From Heptranchias perlo (taxonomy: Eukaryota), in NCBI RefSeq assembly GCF_035084215.1, contig NC_090327.1:40300001-40364000 (forward strand): DNA of 64,000 bases, given 5' to 3'. A model generated the notes under the pieces. It did no database searches. It was not told the DNA's origin and worked only from the letters and a program-made list of their open reading frames with translations. Both the position numbers and the translations under genes were made by a program. Shown here piece after piece: positions 27,396 through 36,725 of the stretch; within the stretch, counting starts at the first letter, position 1; the number at the start of each line of letters is the position of its first letter.

Positions 27396-27997
27396 GTTTC
27401 TGCAGCAAAGGTGACCAATTAAACACAGCCAACTGCACAATCAGACCGTGCCAATTGGAACGGTTGGTCTTGGATGGATACTCTTCATTGTGAATACCTC
27501 TATACAGAAACAAGTAAAAAGTAGCTTTGTGTCTATTTTGAAATGTTAATATGTTTGGATTAAGGGACCATGGGGATAGTCAAATTTAATTACTCTGATG
27601 GTTGAACCAAAGGGAGATGGTTGCACGAAGACAGTAGTAGCCTGACTGTAATACCTTTCCCCACAAGGTGCGAGATCAATTGTACTCTCAGATTGCCTTT
27701 GAAATCCACAGGCATAGTGTTAACATCAAAGGTTCCCATGGCATAAAACAACAGGTCTGGTTACTTAACTTTAGTTGTATTTGGAGATCTGAACTCTGAA
27801 TTGGAAATTCACGTCATGCACGTACAACTGCATTATGAATGTCAATGAAAGACTTCATCCAAGAGTCTGGTCACTTATCCAGCTATTCGCAGAAGGGCAT
27901 TGTAATCCTTCAATCTTTTTTGTTTTAAACACTGAACAATTAGTATCTTGCTGTGTATTAATTCCATTAGCAAATAAATCTATTACTTTTACTCTAT

Positions 27998-30017
27998 GGG
28001 CTCGATTTTAGCGTCGGGTTTCCTGCGGGTTTCCAGCAGGGGGGCCCCAAAAATCCCGATATCCAGTCACGTGACCGGATCGCGCCGAGATCCCGGCCAC
28101 TTCCGGGTGCCGCGCTGACGTGCGGGGCTGCGTGCGCAGGCCCCGCTGGTGGGAATCCCGCAGGCAATTAAAGCCAGCGGGGTTCCACTTGAGTGTACTT
28201 ACCTTGCTTGTTGAGGTCATTAAATGAGCTGAAGCAGCTGTCAAAACAGGAAGTGTGGGATTTTAGCTTCAAGGCAGTGAGTTTCACACACTGGGGGAAA
28301 CAGTCTCCCTTCAACCGGTCGTGTTCCAGCCAGCAGCCTGTGGCAGCTGCCAAGGTGCACTCCACAGCGGGTGGGAGAGCCCTCACCCACGCAGGAGGCC
28401 ACCGCGTCACGTAGGGCAACCCCTGCCCTCCACCACCCCCCGCCAAGCCAGAGGACAGACCGACGTGAAACCGCAGCCCCAGTGCGAGGAACCACCCAAC
28501 TACCCTGCACAACCCCTCAGACCAACACCTGCCAGATGGGTGGTGCGTTGACATCCTCGGAGGACGAACAGCATGACCAGCCCCAGCAGCCTCGCAGTCC
28601 ACCTCTGACACGTGGAGCTCCACAACAGAGTGCTGTGACACATCCACCTGTACAGCAGGAGGGAGGGCTACCGCAGAGAGAGACGCGTCGCAGAGGGCAC
28701 TCCCCTCCGCACAGGGTCCACAGACCGAGGCGCAGCTCCCCGGACCTCTCTGAGCAGCAGTGCACACGGAGGCGCAGATTCACTCGACATGTAGTCGTGG
28801 AGATCTGCAGGCTCTTTCATGCCGAGCTGCTCCTGGCTGGCCCCAGCACCATCTGCTTACCTGTCGCTGCCAGTCACCACTGCCCTCCACAACTTCTCCT
28901 CCGCATCCTTCCAGGGTGCAGCCGGGTACACCGCCGATGTCTCTCAGTCGTCTGCGCGGAAGAGCCCTGCAAATACACCTGCACCTACTCTGCAGTAACA
29001 CAATGGGTGGCATCAGTGGTGGGTCCTCATAGTGATACCCAGGAGCGGGCATTATTGGACACAACAGACAGGATTCACGGAGACATGGCAGTGGTGGTGC
29101 CAATATAATGTGTGATGTTTGTTGCTCTGAAATTCAATATAGGTAACACCCATGGCAAACCCTCAGACATCCTTGTGCATCCCCTTCATGCTCACGACAC
29201 GTTTGCCGTACGCTGCCTACTGCACATATGCGATGCAGCACAGGTGGTGGCAGGTTGAGTGAGGCTGGCCGTGAGAGAGATGCACGAGAGGGTGAGTATG
29301 GGATAGAGCCATGAGATTGTATGAGGATTGGGTTGCGTGTTAGTGGCGGGTGAGTACTGGCGAGGTGAGTAGGTGCAGGTAAGATGAGGATGGGGTTTGA
29401 GTGGGTATGAGGGGTGATGTGACAGAGTAGTGCTGGCGGTGCCGAAGGAGATGTGGGGTGGGGGCAGTGTTGTGGCAGACGGAGTGTAGGGGAAAGACTA
29501 CGTGTTCTCATTGTGGCTGACCTACTGCAGTCATTGGAGCGCCTCCTGCAATGTATGCAGGTGGGAGATATGTTGGTGGTGCAGGTGACCCCCTCTGCCA
29601 CCTCGAGCCAGGCCTTCTTGGTGGCAGAGGCAGGCCGCTTCCTCCCGCCCGCCGGGTGGAAGATCTCTGTCCTCCTCACCCCATCTGATGATACCTGGGG
29701 TGAGGCATCATTAAACTGGGAGCAGCCTTCCCCCTGGGCTGCTCCATGCTGTAATTTGTTCCATTGGTTGCAGCATCTGTCAGTGGAGGACTGCCCCTTT
29801 AAGTAGAGAACCTCCAGCTGACAGATCGTACTGCGCATGCGCAGCCCGCCCGACGCGCAGACCAGCAGCGCGGAGCCCGGAGGAGCAGGTAAGTGAATCC
29901 TATTAGTGTGTTGCCTGCTACGATCGCGCGGGCAACCCACTAATTTCACCGGGCGCGGAGGCCACGCACCCGAAACCCAACCCGCCGGAAACCCGCAGGC
30001 CTGCTAAAATCAGGCCC
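27998..30017. mobile_element. Internally deleted PIF/Harbinger DNA transposon with convergent transposase (+) and Myb/SANT (-) remnants
   Basis: TIRs GGGCTCGATTTTAGC (27998-28012) and GCTAAAATCAGGCCC (30003-30017), 13/15 match; 3-bp TSD TAT; plus-strand RVHRPR..DLSEQQCTRRRRFTRHVVVEICRL (HARBI1-like N-terminus); minus-strand FNDAS..TKKAWLEVAEGV..CRRRSND (Myb/SANT). Confidence 0.88.
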
Positions 30018-31229
30018 TATATGTTTTGATCTGACAGTGTGATGGTCTCAACCTTTCAAAGGGAATAAAGAGAAAATGGTGAGCATATTCCATGGCCTCC
30101 AGTAGCTGATATTCCAATAAAAGGATAACTGTTAATCCTTGACACGCTAGCTCAGACACAGCATATATAAGGGTGCAAGTTTTGGTCCATAAGAGACTGT
30201 CTGCTTACGAAAACCACCATTATGCAGTCAATGTAATGAAACAAGTGTTGGGAGAAAGCCCAAACTCGAATAATCTCTGCCTCCAACTGCAGTAACCTAT
30301 ATACATGCACGTGAGCTTGTTGAGAGGATTCAAAACATCAAGCAAATACTTCAGACCCCTTTGTTAAGGGAAAGTCATGTCTGACTAACTTGATTGAATT
30401 TTTTGAGGAGGCAACAAGGAGATTCGATGAGGGTAGCACATTTCATGTAGTCTACATGGATTTAAGCAAGGCTTCTGACAAGGTCCCACATAGCAAACTG
30501 GTCAGAAGAGTAAAAGCCCATGGGATCCAAGGGAAAGTGGCAAGTTGGATCCAAAATTGGCTCAGTGGCAGGAAGCAAAGGGTGATGGTCGACAGATGTT
30601 TTTGTGACTGGAAAGCTGTTTCAGTGGGGTTCCACAGGGCTCAGTACTAGGTCCCTTGCTTTTTGTGGTATATTAATGATTAAGACTTAAATGTAAGGGG
30701 CATGATTAAGGAGTTTGCAGATGATATGAAAATTGGCCATGTGGTTGATAGTGAGGAGGAAAGCTGTAGGCTGCAGGATCAATGGACTGGTCAGGTGGGC
30801 AGAAAAGTGGCAAATGGAATTCAATCTGGAGAAGTGTGAGGTAATGTATTTGGGGATGGCAAACAAGGCAAGGCAATACACAATAAATGGGAGGATACTG
30901 AGAGGTGTAGAGGAACAGAGGGACCTTAGAGTGCATGTCCACAGATCCCTGAAGGTAGCAGGACAGGTAGATAAGGTGGTTAAAAAGGCACATGGGATAC
31001 TTTTCTTTATTAGCCAAGACATAGAATATAAGAGGAGGGGGGTTATGCTAGAACTGTATAAAACACTAGTTAGGCCACAGCTTGAGTACTGTGTACAGTT
31101 CTGGTCACCACATTACAGGAAAGATGTGATTGCACTAGAGAGGGTACAGAGGAGATTTACGAGGATGTTGCCAGGGCTGGAGAATTTTAGCTATGAGGAA
31201 AGATTGGATAGGCTGAGGTTGTTTTCATT

Positions 31230-31322
31230 TGTAAACAATTTTACAACACCAAGTTATAGTCCAGCAATTTTATTTTAAAACTCACAAGCTTTCGCAGGCT
31301 TCCTCCTTCGTCAGGTGAACGA
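31230..31322 (-). mobile_element. 93-bp Penelope-type terminal-repeat insertion
   Basis: 10-bp TSD TGTTTTCATT at 31220-31229 and 31323-31332; homologous to 36386-36475. Confidence 0.8.
31282..31318 (-). ncRNA. Minimal type I hammerhead ribozyme motif with intact core
   Basis: Minus strand UCAC-CUGACGA-A-GGAGG aag CCUGC-GAA-AGCU-U-GUGA: stem I UCAC/GUGA, CUGANGA and GAAA core, palindromic AAGCUU in place of stem III. Confidence 0.7.
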
Positions 31323-32755
31323 TGTTTTCATTGGAACAGAGGTGGCTGAAGGGTCATTTAATTGACATGTATAAAATTGTGAGGGGCCTAGATAGAGTGG
31401 ATAGGAAGGACCTATTTCCATTGGCAGAGGGGTCAGTGACCAGGGGGCATAGATTTAAAGTAATTGGCAGAAGGATTAGAGGGGAGCGAGGGTGGTGGGG
31501 GTCTGGAACTCACTGCCTGAAAGAGTGGTAGAGGCAGAAACCCTCAACTCATTTAAAAAGTACTAGGATGTACACAAGGTGCCGTAACCTACAGGGCTAC
31601 GGACCAAGTGCTGCAAAGTGGGATTAAGCTAGATAGCTCTTTTGCGGCCGGCACGGACACGGTGGGCTAAATGGCCTCCTCATTGGCAGAAGGGTCTAGA
31701 ACTAGAGGACATCGATTTAAGGCGATTGGCAAAAGAACCTAAGGTGACATGAGGAAATTTTTTTTTAAAAAACAGTGAATGGTTAGGATCTGGAATGCAC
31801 TGCCAGGGGGTGGTAGAGGCAGATTCAATCATGGCCTTCAAAAGGGAATTGGATAAGTGCTTGAAAGGAAAAAAATTGCAGGGCTATGGGGAAAGGGCAG
31901 GGGAGTGGGACTAGCTGGATTGCTCTTGCTTCCATGCTATAACCTTTCTATGAGTCTATGCCGTAAACTTTCTATGATTCTATGAAGACTTGCTCATAAT
32001 GTTGCAGAAGAACATTTGCTGTACCAGAAATACAGCTTGCAAGAAAGAGAAACATAGAATCAGAAGCACATGAATTTGCTTTCAGTTAGTACTGGCTCTC
32101 CAGCAATGATGCTGTTGGGATTGTAATTTAGCCTCAGTATCTACTCAACTAAATTTGGATTTCTGCTGTCCAAATATTATCTCTTCCCCCTAAGGGTCCA
32201 CAAAAGCTCCCTAAGGATCTTTCTAGGATCTTACTTTGATCTTATGTTGAGGTTGGATCTTAATCTCTTTCAATTGCTTTTATCTGTACAGCACTGTACC
32301 CTTTGTGATTTATTATTGCTATGTGCTTTTTCCTAATTTTGAGCAAGCCAGAAACACACTAAAAAGACGTCTGTGAACTGTGTGGTTCCTAATTACAGTA
32401 AGGTTATTTAACAGCTCTGCAAACAAATACTACATCCCTTTATCATCTTAACTCTCAAATTCCATTCTTAAGTATGTAACTTTCGAACAGAGCTGGACAG
32501 ATTGGTGATCAAAAAGGTGGAAGGCTATTTCACATATCCATTATTTTATAGGGGGTGGGGAAAAAATCCCTAACCTCACCAGTCAATTTTCTATTTATGT
32601 ATTCCAGCTCTGAAGTCTAATTAAGCTAAAATGATTAATTTAAATGATATGCATGCTCTTCAAAATAAATCATTCCCCATTTCTAATATATCTATTATAT
32701 TTTAATTTGGTACATGGGCATGTGTTTCATTAAAAGCTCATTATAAGTATCTGTT

Positions 32756-32774
32756 CCTCCCGTAGGTGGCGCTG
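32756..32774 (+). promoter_or_regulatory. CTCF-like site
   Basis: CCCGTAGGTGGCGCTG fits the CTCF core CCxxYAGRKGGCRC, in unique sequence. Confidence 0.4.
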
Positions 32775-34364
32775 TGATAGGTAATAGCAGCAGTGTGACA
32801 GAAAACAGCTGCTATTTCAGTTACAGGACCTTTCAAAGCAAAACGTACCCTCCAAACCAAGACGGGGAAAAAAGTGCAGAGCACCTTTCAAAAAGATCAA
32901 ATCCCTTAACTTCAATAAGTCAGAGTCAGTTAAATAGCAAGATGAAAGGCACCCGCAAACTGGAGCTGACTATAACAGAACTTGGTAAGTAAAATTTTCG
33001 TTACACACAAAGTCAAAAATCGGGAAGTAATAATAGACCAGACAAGCATGTGCACATGAAAGAGGAAAAGAAGCAGCCATTCAATCCTCATCCACTCCTT
33101 CATATACATCTAAGTCCCAGATCCACAATTGATAGGAACAGAAGAATCAAAGATAATCTAACTTCATTGGCCAAAAAAATTATGTCTGCAACCCACTAAT
33201 CTCAAGTTCACAAAACCTCTCCACAATAACCTCCCACGATGAATGAAATAACATCAAATAGCAACCTCCCTCTCCCGACTGCAAAAGACACTTCCGCCCC
33301 CGCTTCCCCCCACCTCAAATGAAAGAGGTGTTGACTTCATCTCTTCCTCTACCCTGTCACCTTCCCTTCCCCTCCCCTCCCTTTGTCTCTTCTCCCTCCT
33401 TTTGTTCTCCCCCTCTCATACTACTTCTTTACCATGTACAACATCACAAGAGATCAACTAGTGTTAATAAAAATCTTGTTGATCTGTCCTCGTAACTTCA
33501 GTTTAAAATCCTAGAATCATCCACGTTGATCTTCTCTGAATTCTCTAATGTACGAGTATTTTGTTCTGAAGGTAGGGCATCCAAAACAGCTCAGTATATT
33601 CCAATTATAGTGAAGCTAACCACTTACAAACCCAGGCCAAAATGTACAAAACACTGATCCATGTATTTATCCCACGGCAATTTTGCTACTTCAAACAGGA
33701 CACAATGGGAGGAGGCACAATCTTTCATAAGCTTGTTGCTTCATAGATAATCAAAAAGCTCCAATTTGCTTTATAAATACATCTTCCATGAACTCATGAA
33801 TGATAATAAGGATATCCCAAACTTCTTTGTGACCAACTAAATTAGTCAGATCTCTTTTTCAACCCGAGACCTGGCTTAATTGAAAACACATGGCCAAAAT
33901 ATTTTTGATTTGTAAAATCTCTATTTGATCAGGGTCACATTCCCACAAGTTTAAGTTCAGCTACAGTCTTTGAAAAGTCCCAAAAATGGTTGATATTCTT
34001 ACTAAATGGTATCAGTCAGAGAACACAGCCAATGTTTGCTTAGTTTCAAATCCCATTCATCTTTCCCGGGTGGGCGAGAGGGAAAAAGGAAGACATCGTC
34101 TGGGCCCCACCAGTGCCACTGTTGATGGGAATAAGTTCAAAGTTGATTCCGTTCTGGCCTTCCCTCCAAGAATAAACACCTTTATTCTCCCTGGTGCCTT
34201 CCCAGAGCATTCTCACTGAAATCAGGAACTCCATGCTCAAATGGAAGTTCTGCTACCCAGACCATTTACAGTGGTGTTTTTTTGTGGATGCCCATCAAGG
34301 ACAGAGCCATGGAAAAAACAAACTTAGCATATTGACTTTTAAAGGTTAAATACTTTGTCTTTAT

Positions 34365-34400
34365 ACATACCTGTAAATAAAAGTGAGATTTACCAGTTAT
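34365..34400 (-). other. Candidate recursive splice site (AG|GT)
   Basis: Minus strand AATCTCACTTTTATTTACAG|GTATGT: pyrimidine tract, acceptor and immediately regenerated donor. Confidence 0.35.
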
Positions 34401-36346
34401 TAATTGATCATTTATCTGCATATACAAAATGTTAAGACATAAATCAGTTGCTCAGACAAGTAGGCAATAGTTAAAACAGAGAGGCCCTGAAGAGTCAACT
34501 GAAAACAAAGCAAGGTATTTTAGAAACACAAAATTCTACAAATTAAGGCACACGTGTCATATGTAACAATTAAAAATGTTGCTAAAAATGCAATTACCCA
34601 ATAAATTTCTGCAATCTAGAGAAAGGGTATCTTAACAGTTTTAAAAAATGCTTTAAATATTGTGTAAAAATAATAAAACCACATGACTGTAATGTAATTA
34701 ACATTACAAAAGAAAACAGCTTCCCCTAATGATTTGGTGGATTTATCTGACAAGTAGCAAAGCCATATAGACCAGGGAAGTCCCAGGTTCAGTGCTGTGT
34801 TATTCTAAATTAATCCATTTAATCAAAATTCTGGGGTGGGGTAGGGCCGGGGGGGGGGGGGGGGGATGTTCCTCTACAGCTGATGAAGGAAATTACTTGA
34901 ACAATTTTTCATGGTAAAAATTTCGGACAGCAATCTTCTAACTGATCACAAACTTAAGGTGAAAAAATGCACAGGTCAAACACATTATAAGTATACTGTT
35001 CTGGGACAATTCAGTTAATACAATCAGAAGACAAGAAATGCTCATAGTTATCAAGTTTCCTTTCAAATTATGCTACCTATGTATTAGCTGTCAGCTCATC
35101 CTCTTGACTCTTTTTCCATTAATTCAGGTGGTCCCCAGAGGTCCGCTCTCTCCCCAACTCATTTCTTCTCAATTATCTCTTTCGTTCAGCATGCAATCCT
35201 ACCTATTTTGCTGATTATTTACATTCATCAACATCCTTTAGATCACCCTCCCTGAAAGAACGTAACTTCTAGTCCTCTAAGTGCCATGGTTGCACCACCA
35301 CATCTTGATCTTTTCCATGTTCTTCAATGAGATACTGAAAATCAATTCTTCAAGGCAATGTGTCTTCATCTCTCTCATAAGTCTGAGCAACAGTCTTTCC
35401 TAATTGATTCAGCCATCAGTCTTTACACACCCAAGTTTGATGTCAACTAATCAATATTTCTCATCTACCTAGTCTGGAGTATTCAACATTCTGCAAAACT
35501 CACCAAAAAAAGATGCTATATTCCACTGTACAGAGGTAGCAGAACACCTGGCAACAACTAGAGATTACAGGTGAGAGTAGCTGCCCTCGACATCATGGCA
35601 GCATTCAACAGAGTATGGTAACAAGGAGCTCTAGCAAAATTGACGCCAGTGGGAATACGCTCCAGTGGTTGGAGTCATATCTGACACAAAGAAAGATGGC
35701 TGTGTTGGAGGTCAGTCATTGCAGCCCCAGGACAGCACTGCAGGAGTTCCTCAGGGAAGCTGCTTGGCCCCAAATCTTCAGCTGCTACAGTGATCTTCCC
35801 TCAGTCATAAGGTGGAGCAGGGCTGTTAAAATGATGATTCCAGTATGCAGTTCTATCCAGAATTCCTCCGATAATGAAGCTGACAGTGTCAGAGCATTGC
35901 AGGACCTGGATAGAATCCAGGCTTGGGCTGACAGCTGGTAGTTAACATTTATGCCACATAATTGCCAGGTGATGACCATCATGAACAAGAAAAAGCCCAG
36001 CCAGCTCCGTATGGCCTTCAATGGCACCACTGTCACTATCAACATTTTGCACGTAACTACTGTCCAGAAGTTGAACTGGACCAGTCATAGCAACACCATG
36101 GCTACAAAAGCAAGGCAGAGGCTGGGTACTCTGATACTACAAGTGGTTCACTTTCTGTTCTCTCAAAGCCCCTCTACAAGGCTCGAATAAGTAATGGAAT
36201 GGAATGCTCACCACTTCTCTGGCTTGGCGGGTGGGTGGGTGGCTGTAACAGCAACACTCAAGAAGTTCGACAACATCTAGGACAGAGGAGTTTGCTTGAT
36301 TGGCACCTGTCACCAGGCTCAATATCTACCCCCTCACTGACTTACT

Positions 36347-36603
36347 GTGATGTGGAGATGCCGGTGATGGACTGGGGTGGACAAATGTAAGGAATCTTAC
36401 AACACCAGGTTATAGTCCAACAGTTTTATTTGAAAATCACAAGCTTTCGGAGCTTACCTCCTTTGTCAGGTGAGTGAGTGAAAGGTTCTAAAATCGCATA
36501 GCATATATTAGGCTGGGAGGCGGTCACAGCAATCAAAGGTGTCGTTGGTGTTCAGACAAATAAAACTGTTGGACTATAACCTGGTGTTGTAAGATTCCTT
36601 ACA
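36347..36603 (-). mobile_element. Penelope-like mini-insertion with an inverted partial pseudo-LTR
   Basis: 11-bp TSD ACTGACTTACT (36336-36346 and 36604-36614); perfect 47-bp inverted repeat 36386-36432 / 36557-36603; 39-nt extension on one arm only. Confidence 0.85.
36437..36473 (-). ncRNA. Minimal hammerhead ribozyme motif with a core G8-to-A change
   Basis: Minus strand UCAC-CUGACAA-A-GGAG guaag CUCC-GAA-AGCU-U-GUGA. Confidence 0.6.
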
Positions 36604-36725
36604 ACTGACTTACTTTGGCTGCAATATGTACAACCTACAGAATGCATTGCAGCAACTTGCTGAGCTAATTTCGACAGCACCTCTCTAATGCTACCACTAT
36701 CACCAAGGACAAGAGCAGCAATGCC

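Larger units (their letters stand above)
30355..31985 (+). mobile_element. CR1 RT-to-tail fragment with two nested inserts (31230-31322 and a CR1 piece at about 31681-31955)
   Basis: [44 protein letters not shown] tail. Confidence 0.9.

Noticed and set aside
28168-29949. Long overlapping GC-rich ORFs (199, 245 and 271 aa) as a host gene or CpG-island promoter
   Set aside because: All lie within the TIR/TSD-bounded Harbinger element
32766-32984. Plus-strand exon-like segment (TCCTCCCGTAG acceptor, GTAAGT donor)
   Set aside because: No recognisable protein and no partner exons; an antisense non-coding exon cannot be excluded but is unsupported
34879-34905. CTGATGAAG..CTTGAAC hammerhead-like word
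   Set aside because: No GAAA, very weak stem II and no stem I
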